Position numbers and translations under genes: made by a program
Virus record (IMG/VR): IMGVR_UViG_3300032323_001402
Location: 1-62,177 of that record
Direction: 5' to 3' (one strand)
DNA: 62,177 bases
Origin: a virus
Lineage: Duplodnaviria; Caudoviricetes
The notes under the pieces: model-generated
What the model saw: only the letters and a program-made list of their open reading frames with translations
What the model was told of the DNA's origin: nothing
Databases searched by the model: none
Part shown: piece by piece, positions 1 to 8,832 of the stretch
Layout of the letters: every line of letters starts with the position of its first letter
Position numbering within the stretch: the first letter of the stretch is position 1

Positions 1-627
1 AGATACTATATTAATAACCGCTGGGTTAGTCATAGTCATGCTCTTACTGCTCACCCTCGGGATATCAAGCCTGGTTCTTGGTCAGATGTTGGGAACCGTT
101 TTCTCCCATGTCTTTTTAATGAACTAGTTGACTTTGTTGAAATAGAACAGGCATGGCATCACTGCATGTGGAGTGACGAAGCCAAAACTGAATTTGAAGT
201 GCCTTGGTGGCGCAGTGGTTGGCTACGCTGGCGTACATGGCGCTGTCCAGAAGCTGGTATGGAATATCTCAAGTGGGCAAGCAGTCTTACTAACGTAGAT
301 TTTCTTGATGAAGATAAAAAACACGAAGCTGTTCCTACATACCAGGCTACAAGTGCCAAAGAAATTATTGAGCTCTACACTTGGTGGACCGTTACCTATC
401 GCAATCGCCCAGACGCATACGAAGCAAGTGGGTGGACTGCGGCATGCGAAGCTAGTCGTATTGCTAACGGTGGCAAGTTGAGTTTTAGCAGTGATAAAGA
501 TCCAGTGCTTAAAAAAGCCAGCGACAAAGCTCACAAGCTACTACAAAAGATTGAAGCAGATTACGAAAAAGAGGACGAAGCAATGATGATTCGTCTTATT
601 AAAATTAGACAAAGTCTTTGGACCTAA
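1..627 (+). CDS. hypothetical phage protein, 5'-truncated by window edge
   Basis: Frame 1 is open from base 1 (RYYINNRW...) into the listed 166..627 ORF; Trp-rich. Confidence 0.75.
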   Translation, partial: RYYINNRWVSHSHALTAHPRDIKPGSWSDVGNRFLPCLFNELVDFVEIEQAWHHCMWSDEAKTEFEVPWWRSGWLRWRTWRCPEAGMEYLKWASSLTNVDFLDEDKKHEAVPTYQATSAKEIIELYTWWTVTYRNRPDAYEASGWTAACEASRIANGGKLSFSSDKDPVLKKASDKAHKLLQKIEADYEKEDEAMMIRLIKIRQSLWT

Positions 628-628
628 T

Positions 629-784
629 ATGAAACCATTTCGACTTTGGGTACAAGAAATTTGGCGAGAAAACTGCGAAGAGAGATTGACATTTGGTCAA
701 GATCTTAGTACAATGAAACAATACTGGAACAACTATAAATGGTGGTTAAGACGTGAATACAGACATCAACAACGAATCAACTGA
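629..784 (+). CDS. small hypothetical protein (51 aa, MKPFRLWVQEIW...)
   Basis: Not in the ORF track. ATG lies 1 nt after the previous stop and the ORF fills the gap. Confidence 0.6.
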   Translation: MKPFRLWVQEIWRENCEERLTFGQDLSTMKQYWNNYKWWLRREYRHQQRIN

Positions 785-1004
785 TCAATTAGAAAATCTT
801 TATCAAGACTATTGGGCATTTCATGCCACGATGATTGGTAAGGATCATAGTCCACTTGCGATTGCAGCCATTCTTATGACACAAGCATTGAGCATTTATA
901 AAACTATCTTAGAAGAAGATGAGTACAATTCTATAGTTGATTCAATTTCCGATAAACGAGACAAAGTAACTAAACTAACACCAGACATGGGAGTGTTACA
1001 TTGA
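753..1004 (+). CDS. hypothetical protein
   Basis: ORF tiles with its neighbours. Confidence 0.6.
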   Translation: MNTDINNESTDQLENLYQDYWAFHATMIGKDHSPLAIAAILMTQALSIYKTILEEDEYNSIVDSISDKRDKVTKLTPDMGVLH

Positions 1005-1429
1005 AAGCACAACTACCAGCAGAAGGTATATCGAAAACTCATGATTGGGGATCTAGTAAAATGTACAAGATTGTCTGCGAGTGTGGACAATCAAATCACG
1101 AACATGATGTAGAAATCGAAGCAGACGATACCGGCATTAGTGTAAACGTGTATACCACAGTTAAAACTGACTATTGGTCCGAAAATATAAAACCCCGATA
1201 TGACATTGATAGTATTTGGTTACAGGAATTTGATTGGGCTTGGAAAAGTATTATAAACAGTTTTGTTCGCAAGGTTAAACTAACTTGGGAACTGTGGGCT
1301 ACTGGTGCCGTTATTGCCCAAACTACTATCACACTATCAGAACAACAGGCCCTTAATTATGCAGAAACTTTAAAATCTGCAATCACTGATGTAAAAAAAT
1401 TCAAAAAGGAAAATCATGTCAACAAATAA
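1001..1429 (+). CDS. hypothetical protein
   Basis: Overlapping stop/start; GGAG upstream; CECG..H motif. Confidence 0.65.
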   Translation: MKAQLPAEGISKTHDWGSSKMYKIVCECGQSNHEHDVEIEADDTGISVNVYTTVKTDYWSENIKPRYDIDSIWLQEFDWAWKSIINSFVRKVKLTWELWATGAVIAQTTITLSEQQALNYAETLKSAITDVKKFKKENHVNK

Positions 1430-2687
1430 TCCCAAAGCATCGTGGCCGTTTGCACCAGGTGATGCTCCAGAGCCGACTAAAGAGGAATTAGAAGCACAGC
1501 GATTAGTAGAGCAACAAAAACTTATTGAAGTTCTTAAGTTTACGCCACGCACCTATAAGATCAGCATGTGGGGCTATGGTGGTGAAAAGGTTATGGGCAC
1601 CGTAGACAAAGCCGTATGGGACTACTGCATGGAACATCAAGTTGACTTGTCAGAAATCGCTTGGGGCGATGAAGATACTGCTCAAGATGAAATGGGGCTT
1701 GACTTAGACATGTTACCGTTTACTCCTGGTAGCTGGTACGAATGCGATGACATGGGGCATATCAGTGGTGTAAGTCGTGATGCAGGTACTATTCAAATTG
1801 ATGATGAAAACGGTGATACCGTATTAGAACGATCCTTAGATAGTATTGACGGAACAGACATTGGATTATGTTGCAATGACGAAGTGTGGGCAGGTTCAAA
1901 GCCCAAAGGCACAGTGGTGTTTATTGGTGTTTCAAACGAAAAAGGAACTTTCTTTGAAGCCGATCTTGAACTTAGGGCACCGTTCGATATTACTAAGTTA
2001 GAATTGCAATATGATGATTTTGACGGTGAAGATATTGTTACCGGTATAACCTACGACGGTGAAGATATTGACAACTGGGGTGGCAGCACAAGCGGTAAGA
2101 GCAGTGATATGAACATGGTATTACTGTTAGATGATGATGGTAACTTTGAACGTTATGCTCCGGAAGAAAAAGATTGGGGACATCCGCCGTGTGGTACGGG
2201 CCCAAGTGATTGGGAAAAGTCGCCTAAGTTTAAGTTTGCCAAAGTCAAACCCACAGTAGAAGGGTGGTACAGTGCAGTATGGCGTAGTTTTGGCACTACC
2301 TACGGTACACTATATTGGAACGGTACAGAGTTCGGTGAGTGGGAATATGGACAGTTCAAACCACAGTCAGATGTTGATACTTGGCAGGGCTATAATTGGG
2401 ACACAAGTTCTTGGGTCAACCAGCCGCCAGAGCCCGTAGATGTTATTTGTGACAATAACGAATGCGGTTGGGTAGGTAACGGTTCAGATCGAATAACCGA
2501 TGACGACTACAACGACCACTGTCCAGAATGTGAAGGCACAGAGTTTAGTTGGATTGATTATGATCCAGATACCAAAGAAGGTCGTAAGAATCGTGCAAAA
2601 TATTGTAAACCATGGGATCCTGTTGATTCTTTAAATAAAATTATAGAAGGTAGTTGGCCGTTTGCTGAATCAGATAAAGAAGTATGA
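1416..2687 (+). CDS. acidic, Trp-rich hypothetical protein with C-terminal Zn-ribbon-like motif
   Basis: 423 aa ORF; SD AAGGA; CDNNEC...CPEC. Confidence 0.75.
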   Translation: MSTNNPKASWPFAPGDAPEPTKEELEAQRLVEQQKLIEVLKFTPRTYKISMWGYGGEKVMGTVDKAVWDYCMEHQVDLSEIAWGDEDTAQDEMGLDLDMLPFTPGSWYECDDMGHISGVSRDAGTIQIDDENGDTVLERSLDSIDGTDIGLCCNDEVWAGSKPKGTVVFIGVSNEKGTFFEADLELRAPFDITKLELQYDDFDGEDIVTGITYDGEDIDNWGGSTSGKSSDMNMVLLLDDDGNFERYAPEEKDWGHPPCGTGPSDWEKSPKFKFAKVKPTVEGWYSAVWRSFGTTYGTLYWNGTEFGEWEYGQFKPQSDVDTWQGYNWDTSSWVNQPPEPVDVICDNNECGWVGNGSDRITDDDYNDHCPECEGTEFSWIDYDPDTKEGRKNRAKYCKPWDPVDSLNKIIEGSWPFAESDKEV

Positions 2688-3214
2688 CCGATATCAGTAA
2701 AAGTCCTGATCGTATGACCTTTCAGGCAAAGTCCTACGAAGAAAAACTTATAGAAGATCCTACCAATCGAAATGCTCGGGCCATGATTGAGATGTGGCAA
2801 AAATGGCGAGAGGAAGCAGACGGTAAAGAATTAGATGCCGAATGGCAAAAGAACAATATGGAATATGATCTCCGAACTTGCGATCCTATTCTAAAAAAAG
2901 TTCGTAGCAGTGATAGGTATGCTCAAAACTTATATGCGGCTATGTGTAACATGCAATTTCAAAAATTGGATGTTATTCCGATCTTAAAAGATGAATTGTG
3001 GAGTTGTTCTTGGCGGCATGCCGGCGGCATTGTTGCTAATATGAGAATGCAAGGCGACTATATCGATTGGTACTGTAGCGGTATTGGGGAAGGACTAGGT
3101 AATGGAGACCTGGATGGTACAAAGGGATATATACCTGAAGGAGTTGTAACTGATGAAATTAAGGAGGATCTAAAACAACTGGGGTGGATATCAGTTGAGT
3201 GGGATAAAGACTAA
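2684..3214 (+). CDS. hypothetical phage protein
   Basis: ATGA overlap; 176 aa; YAQNLYAAMCN and DWYCSG motifs. Confidence 0.7.
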   Translation: MTDISKSPDRMTFQAKSYEEKLIEDPTNRNARAMIEMWQKWREEADGKELDAEWQKNNMEYDLRTCDPILKKVRSSDRYAQNLYAAMCNMQFQKLDVIPILKDELWSCSWRHAGGIVANMRMQGDYIDWYCSGIGEGLGNGDLDGTKGYIPEGVVTDEIKEDLKQLGWISVEWDKD

Positions 3215-3409
3215 ATGAGCTATTTGTTATTTGAAATTTGGAGCGAAGACGAAATTGGGCACCAGGATCTGGTAGACACCACAGCTAGTAAAACAGAAGC
3301 GTTTGCTATTGCAGAACAGTGTCTAGGTGAGGGATTTTTGGCTGCTATAGTATATCAAGAAGATGAATCGGGCGAACCTAAGTTAATTAAACGTTTTGAA
3401 GGCGGTTGA
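3215..3409 (+). CDS. small hypothetical protein
   Basis: Abuts the previous stop. Confidence 0.6.
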   Translation: MSYLLFEIWSEDEIGHQDLVDTTASKTEAFAIAEQCLGEGFLAAIVYQEDESGEPKLIKRFEGG

Positions 3410-3434
3410 CAAGACCCAAGTTTGGTGTTATAAT
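3406..3434 (+). promoter_or_regulatory. sigma70 consensus (early) promoter
   Basis: TTGACA-17 nt-TATAAT, perfect consensus; SD AGGAG downstream. Confidence 0.85.
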
Positions 3435-3464
3435 ATAAGTATTGTTTAATTATTAGGAGCATTC

Positions 3465-4643
3465 ATGATGGTAACAAAGCGTAAATCCAAGGCAGCCCAT
3501 TTAACGGAAGCAAGATCTGCTAAAGGTCGAGATCATTCACCAAAATGGGATAATGTTGATACAATGTCCGAAGACGAATACAGTCGACATTTCCGTATCA
3601 GCATGGATTGGTATCGCTTAGAATCATCCGGCAAAGAGCTAAAGCCCAAAGTTATCACGTGGATGGCTGCGAACGAGTTCACTAAAGAACAGATCGCAAC
3701 GTTCAAAAAAACCAAAGATTGGCGTTGTAATCTTACTACAGGTTCGTTAGTTGCTAACCTACTCAAGGGCATGCCCGATAGTCGTGTAGGATTCAACGAA
3801 GGACGCAGTACATCAAAATGGATTAAAGAATCAATTAACAAGATCCTGGAAGAAGGCAAAAATGACATTGAAGAGGAAGAAGATACCTCCAAGCCTGTTA
3901 TTCCAGTAGCTACAATACAAGATAGATTACGCGAAACTGCTGGTAAAATGGCAGAAGAGATCGATTATGCATTAGATGCATTTACTACGAATCCAGATTC
4001 GTTTGATCCTAAAGCTATCAAAGTACTTAATCTGCTCAAGGCTAAAGAAGCCAAAGCGGCACACGCTAGGATCATCAAGGGATTTTATACTAAATCTTAC
4101 GAAGAACTACAAGAAGCCGCTGAAGGTAACTGTGAACAACTTAAAGAAGCGTATGAGCATCTTTCTAAACCACAGTTAAAAAAGATCATAGCTTTCTATC
4201 ATGAGATCATTTCAGCCTGTGAAATGCTAGGGCAAGAAGCCAAGGTTAATCGTAAGCCACGTGCTAAAAAAGTCGTACCTGCAGATAAGATCGTTGCTAA
4301 ACTTAAATATGCCAAGACTAACGAACAGCTTAAATTAGTGTCGATTAATCCTACAGAGATAATTGGTGCTAAAGAACTTTGGGTCTACAACATCAAGTCA
4401 CGCAAAGTAGGCAAATATGTAGCCAATGAATACCTAGAACTTGGTGTTAAAGGTACATCGATTACTGGTTTTAACAGCAACCTAAGTGTACAAAAGACAC
4501 TGCGTAAGCCAGAAGAACAACTGAAAGAATTCAAAGCCGCAGGTAAAGTTCAACTACGCAAGTTTTTAGATGATATTAAAGCTGTGGATATCAAACTTAA
4601 TGGCCGCATCAACGAAGATATTATCCTACTTAGAATACAATAA
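3465..4643 (+). CDS. basic hypothetical early protein
   Basis: 392 aa ORF bounded by its own promoter and terminator. Confidence 0.8.
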   Translation: MMVTKRKSKAAHLTEARSAKGRDHSPKWDNVDTMSEDEYSRHFRISMDWYRLESSGKELKPKVITWMAANEFTKEQIATFKKTKDWRCNLTTGSLVANLLKGMPDSRVGFNEGRSTSKWIKESINKILEEGKNDIEEEEDTSKPVIPVATIQDRLRETAGKMAEEIDYALDAFTTNPDSFDPKAIKVLNLLKAKEAKAAHARIIKGFYTKSYEELQEAAEGNCEQLKEAYEHLSKPQLKKIIAFYHEIISACEMLGQEAKVNRKPRAKKVVPADKIVAKLKYAKTNEQLKLVSINPTEIIGAKELWVYNIKSRKVGKYVANEYLELGVKGTSITGFNSNLSVQKTLRKPEEQLKEFKAAGKVQLRKFLDDIKAVDIKLNGRINEDIILLRIQ

Positions 4644-4660
4644 CAAAGTAGATTCTTAGT

Positions 4661-4690
4661 AAAAGCGGGCCCGGTGCCCGCTTTTTGTTT
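4661..4690 (+). terminator. Rho-independent terminator (likely bidirectional)
   Basis: AAAAGCGGGC-CCGGT-GCCCGCTTTT followed by T-rich tail. Confidence 0.85.
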
Positions 4691-4708
4691 GTGGATAAAT
4701 ATGTTACT

Positions 4709-5818
4709 ATGAACAAAAAGAATCTCGAACAAGCTCTAGCAGCATTATCCGATGCATTGACTAGCCAAGAACCCGAATCACTGCTTAACGATCCATTGGT
4801 ATTCGTTAGTCGATTACCTAAAAGATCACTGAGTGGCGATCATATATATCAGGGTAAAATCCTAGGATTTAGCAGTGCCGGAATCACTGACCAAGCATCA
4901 AAAGAACAGATTTTGGTCAAAGATGATTTCGTCAAGATATCATCGTTATCTGTTGACAGTATTGAAGGCGATCTCAAAGTAACTGGTGATGTTACTGCCA
5001 GGACTATAAAAGCAGATATTCTAGAAGTCAAAGAACTTAAAGCTGATATCAAGTTCGAAAAAGATTCTAACATTCCATTCAATGGTGCTAACAAAGGATT
5101 GATTTGGACAGGATTAAAAACCACTAAACAGTTTATATTCGCTGCAGAACCTGATAGATTTTTCAGCTCTGAAACTGTAGACGTTGCCAAGGGCAAGGCT
5201 TTTTCGATCAATGGCATTAAAATTATCGATGATCAAGAACTAGGGTCTACTATTACCAAAAGTAATCTACGTGAAGTAGGTAGATTACGTGGACTAATAG
5301 TTGATGGCTCTATAAGCATCAACAACTATCTATATTACAATGCTTCTTCAGACAGACTAGGACTAGGTACTGAAGAGCCTAATGCTAGTTTTTCTGTAGC
5401 CGAAGATGCCATAGAAGTCATGTTGGGCACTCGAGACAGTGTTCGCGGTATCGCGGGCACCTTTGCTAGCCATGCATTTGATCTAGTCACTGATAACACC
5501 ACAAGAATTGGTATCGCAGCCAACGGCGACATACAGTTAGGAAATACCAAACAGCCACCTATACAGGTTAGCGTTCATGGAAAATTATCTGTGCGAGTAA
5601 ACATGCCTGATCCAGAAGTTGATCTACATGTAAATGGTGCAATTAAATTCAACGGTAAATTACACAAATACGCTGCCACACATCCTGTAGCAGGAGCATA
5701 TAACACAGGTGATATAGTTTGGAACACTGAACCTAAAGTAAATAATTTTGTAGGTTGGGTATGTGTTCAAGCTGGAGATCCTGGTATATGGGCACCGTTT
5801 GGGAAAATCGGAACATAA
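4709..5818 (+). CDS. putative virion spike/fibre-like protein, paralogue A
   Basis: TAAATA 8 nt upstream; RLGLGTEEPNA fibre-type motif; C-terminal GDIVWN..P.....GWVC...G.PG.W motif. Confidence 0.6.
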   Translation: MNKKNLEQALAALSDALTSQEPESLLNDPLVFVSRLPKRSLSGDHIYQGKILGFSSAGITDQASKEQILVKDDFVKISSLSVDSIEGDLKVTGDVTARTIKADILEVKELKADIKFEKDSNIPFNGANKGLIWTGLKTTKQFIFAAEPDRFFSSETVDVAKGKAFSINGIKIIDDQELGSTITKSNLREVGRLRGLIVDGSISINNYLYYNASSDRLGLGTEEPNASFSVAEDAIEVMLGTRDSVRGIAGTFASHAFDLVTDNTTRIGIAANGDIQLGNTKQPPIQVSVHGKLSVRVNMPDPEVDLHVNGAIKFNGKLHKYAATHPVAGAYNTGDIVWNTEPKVNNFVGWVCVQAGDPGIWAPFGKIGT

Positions 5819-5820
5819 TA

Positions 5821-6669
5821 ATGGCCACACAACAAGAAAAATTAGATAATCTTTCAGCACTGCTTAACGATATCCTTTCTGAAAAAAATCAAGATACTAA
5901 TATCGTCGAGCTGTCCTATCTTAAATTCAATGGTGACATCGAGGGTAAGGGATTAATATGGGCTGGTAGAGGTCATACCAAACAGCTGGTGTATCAACCT
6001 AGCCCTGACAGATTCTTTTCATCAGAGACTATAGATCTAGCCAAAGACCGCGCATTAACGATCAACGGTATTAAAATCATCGATGACAAAGAACTAGGCA
6101 CCTCTATCACTAAAAGTAGTCTACGAGAAGTTGGCAGATTACGTGGACTGATAGTTGATGGATCATTAAGTGTTAATCAATTTTTATACTACAACGCTAC
6201 ATCAGATAGACTAGGCCTAGGCACCGAAGAACCCAATGCTGCTCTCAGCATCTGCGATGAAGGTGTTGAAATAGTTATTGGTGCTCGTGAATATAACAAA
6301 GCAGGCATAGGTGCATATAACAGCAGCGATCTAGAGCTAATCACCGATAATACCACTAGAGTTACTATCAGTGCAGGTGGTAACATTGAATTAGGCAATC
6401 GTAACAACGGTCCTGTACAGGTATTAGTTCACGGTACTATGGGCATTAATGTCGGTACACCAGATCCTAGAGCCAATCTACATATAGGTGGCGCTATCAA
6501 ATTCAACGATACCCTGCATCTCAAAGGCACACGACCACCAGAAGGCGGTAGTTTCAAACAGGGCGATATCGTATGGAACTCAGAACCTCAGCAAAGAAAT
6601 TATGTTGGATGGATCTGCATTCAATCAGGTAATCCGGGTATCTGGGCACAGTTCGGCGAAATTAGATAA
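5821..6669 (+). CDS. putative virion spike/fibre-like protein, paralogue B
   Basis: Shares long blocks with the previous gene (PDRFFSSET, LREVGRLRGLIVDGS, SDRLGLGTEEPNA). ATG at 5821. Confidence 0.6.
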   Translation: MATQQEKLDNLSALLNDILSEKNQDTNIVELSYLKFNGDIEGKGLIWAGRGHTKQLVYQPSPDRFFSSETIDLAKDRALTINGIKIIDDKELGTSITKSSLREVGRLRGLIVDGSLSVNQFLYYNATSDRLGLGTEEPNAALSICDEGVEIVIGAREYNKAGIGAYNSSDLELITDNTTRVTISAGGNIELGNRNNGPVQVLVHGTMGINVGTPDPRANLHIGGAIKFNDTLHLKGTRPPEGGSFKQGDIVWNSEPQQRNYVGWICIQSGNPGIWAQFGEIR

Positions 6670-6670
6670 A

Positions 6671-7282
6671 GTGTCTCGAGCATTAGTCATAGGCAACGGC
6701 GAAAGTCGACGCAATCTAGATCTAGTCTCTCTTAAAATCGATAATATTCTTATAGGCTGTAATGCCATACATCGTGATATCACAGTGGATCATCTTGTAT
6801 GCTGTGATCGAAGAATGGTGGAAGAGGCTGTAAAGAATCCCAATACTGCCAACACAGAAATATATGTTCGAGAAGATTGGTTCAAATACTACAGAAAGAT
6901 ACAAAAACTAAAAAATATCAAACAGGTTCCTATATTACCATATCAGGGAGAAGCCAAACGTGATCAACCCGATCATTGGGGCAGTGGCGGATACGCTGTA
7001 CTGGTAGCAGCTGACCTAGGTTTCGATGATATTACCTTGGTGGGGTATGACCTCTACTCCAAAAACAACAAAGTCAACAACATCTACAAAGGTACCAATA
7101 ACTATGCTGCGCCCGATTCACACAGTATAGATTATAATTATTGGATCTATCAGGTTTCTAAAATATTCCATTTGTATCCTTCGATAAAATTTACAATACT
7201 AAATCAATCAGATTGGGTATTACCCAGAGAATGGCAACTACCTAACGTTCAATTCAGAAATATTGAGCAATTAGTCTATTGA
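6671..7282 (+). CDS. sialyltransferase/Maf(DUF115)-like glycosyltransferase-fold protein
   Basis: GTG start; VIGNGESR, IGCNA, SGGYA..A..LG and LVGYD motif pattern. Confidence 0.55.
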   Translation: MSRALVIGNGESRRNLDLVSLKIDNILIGCNAIHRDITVDHLVCCDRRMVEEAVKNPNTANTEIYVREDWFKYYRKIQKLKNIKQVPILPYQGEAKRDQPDHWGSGGYAVLVAADLGFDDITLVGYDLYSKNNKVNNIYKGTNNYAAPDSHSIDYNYWIYQVSKIFHLYPSIKFTILNQSDWVLPREWQLPNVQFRNIEQLVY

Positions 7283-7306
7283 CATTAAATACTATTGTTG
7301 TATAAT
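7279..7306 (+). promoter_or_regulatory. sigma70 promoter of queD with embedded TAAATA late motif
   Basis: TTGACA-16 nt-TATAAT; TAAATA at 7286-7291. Confidence 0.75.
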
Positions 7307-7330
7307 AGTACAATGCACACACAGGCACTG

Positions 7331-7376
7331 AGAGGACTATATGGCATCATCCCTCTATAAAAATTCTGCAGTCATC
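7331..7376 (+). ncRNA. candidate variant preQ1-I-like riboswitch aptamer in the queD leader
   Basis: P1 AGAGG/CCTCT, loop ending CATC, A-rich tail ATAAAAA, possible pseudoknot ATGGC/GTCAT; upstream of a 7-deazaguanine pathway gene. Confidence 0.5.
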
Positions 7377-7410
7377 AAACTTGCTACTTTTCAAACAAAG
7401 GAGACTAGAG

Positions 7411-7950
7411 ATGGCAAAATATATTTCAACAAAAACTTACGGTAACGAACAAGGGCTTTCATGCTGTTTTAGACAGTGGAGAAGCACACATTCACATTGC
7501 TCACTACTACACGGATATTCTATCGGTGTTCGTGTTCATTTCGAAAGTGAGACCTTAGACGATCGAAATTGGGTCATGGACTTCGGCGGGCTTAAAGCAT
7601 TTAAGGCATGGTTAGAACACATGTTCGATCATACTTTAGTAATTGCAGAGGACGATCCTTATCTGTCACAATTCAAAGACATGGCAGCATTAGGATTACA
7701 AGATCAAGGTGGGATTTGTGATCTTAGAATTGTTCCAGCAGTCGGCTGCGAAAAATTCTCAGAATTAGCATTTAAAACCCTAGACGAAATTATCAAAACC
7801 TATCAAGCAGGTCAATCGTGGCATCTTAAAAATGATAAAGGCGGTACTTTGAAAACCTTTGAATGTCGATATCCTGTAGGACAAGGTGTTACTCTGCGTT
7901 CAGTAGAAGTGTTTGAACACGGTGCTAACTCCGCGATCTACGAAGGATAA
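7411..7950 (+). CDS. queD: 6-carboxy-5,6,7,8-tetrahydropterin synthase (PTPS/QueD)
   Basis: HCSLLHGYS, WVMDFG, FDH, GCE and VEVFE motifs; SD AAGGAG before ATG 7411. Confidence 0.85.
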   Translation: MAKYISTKTYGNEQGLSCCFRQWRSTHSHCSLLHGYSIGVRVHFESETLDDRNWVMDFGGLKAFKAWLEHMFDHTLVIAEDDPYLSQFKDMAALGLQDQGGICDLRIVPAVGCEKFSELAFKTLDEIIKTYQAGQSWHLKNDKGGTLKTFECRYPVGQGVTLRSVEVFEHGANSAIYEG

Positions 7951-7955
7951 CTAAA

Positions 7956-8105
7956 TTGTGGCGCTTATGGGCTAAAGCCCTTGGTGAAAAGGCAGGCAGC
8001 ACGGATCAGGAATCTGATCGTGTTGCTGTTATCCGAACAATTATTGTTTCTGTTTATGTAATCACAAATCTTTTTATCATTGCTGGTGTTATTAGACATT
8101 GGTAA
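7956..8105 (+). CDS. small membrane protein (MWRLWAKALGEK...IIAGVIRHW)
   Basis: Unlisted 49-aa ORF with a C-terminal hydrophobic helix. Confidence 0.6.
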   Translation: MWRLWAKALGEKAGSTDQESDRVAVIRTIIVSVYVITNLFIIAGVIRHW

Positions 8106-8832
8106 ATATTCCTATGCATACATTTGATATTAACCAACTTGCAATCGGTAACAAATTAACCAAACACAATGGCGAAAGAATTATATTATCAAGAGATAGA
8201 TTACAATGATTTTAGAAATTGACAATTTATTAGATAGTGCAACTGCTGATAGTATTGAGAATTTTATGTTATCTATAGATTTTAATTGGGTATATATAAA
8301 ATCAATATCAGGACCCTGTGTTAATGATGAGGCAGTGGCTAATGATCCTAAAATTAAAGAATCTGACGGATTTATGCATATATTTGTAGATAATAAACAA
8401 CTAGTATGTCCACATGCTGGAATTATTCGTTCGTTAATAAGTGCAATGGAACAACGTACTGCTAAGACGGTAAAAGAAGTCGAACGTTCAAGGGCTGTAT
8501 TATTGTATAAAAACCCAACCTTTGGAGATTTTTATCAGGGGCCTCATACAGATTATGCTAACCCTCACATGGTCATGATATACTACGTAAGTGATAGCGA
8601 CGGCGATACAATATTTTTTAATGAGAAACATACTGGAACGATCGATAATAGCAAAAAGACTATTAGTCAACGAATAACTCCTAAAAAAAATAAATGTATT
8701 ATTTTTGATGGATTACAATATCATGCTGGAAGTGTTCCCAAAAACTCTCACAGGATGTTTATTAATATTAATTTTTGTTTTGAACAGGATAACAAAGCTG
8801 ATAATAAATATCCCTATGCATACATTTAATAT
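8103..8832 (+). repeat. 28-bp direct repeat (8103-8130 and 8805-8832) flanking the oxygenase gene
   Basis: TAAATATTCCTATGCATACATTTGATAT vs TAAATATCCCTATGCATACATTTAATAT, 26/28 identical. Confidence 0.85.
8206..8829 (+). CDS. 2OG-Fe(II) oxygenase superfamily protein
   Basis: PHTD...YYV.DSDGDT...FDG.QYHAG...R.FIN.N pattern (HxD...H...R). Confidence 0.75.
   Translation: MILEIDNLLDSATADSIENFMLSIDFNWVYIKSISGPCVNDEAVANDPKIKESDGFMHIFVDNKQLVCPHAGIIRSLISAMEQRTAKTVKEVERSRAVLLYKNPTFGDFYQGPHTDYANPHMVMIYYVSDSDGDTIFFNEKHTGTIDNSKKTISQRITPKKNKCIIFDGLQYHAGSVPKNSHRMFININFCFEQDNKADNKYPYAYI

Noticed and set aside
7331-7376. Calling this a canonical preQ1-I riboswitch
   Set aside because: The conserved loop UUC and 3' ACUA elements are missing, so it is kept only as a candidate variant.
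8705-8815. Longer N-terminus for kdsA as in the ORF track (similarly 5755, 6488, 7381, 10339, 33855, 47209)
   Set aside because: The extensions overlap upstream genes or leaders; downstream starts fit SD/promoter positions and family N-termini better.
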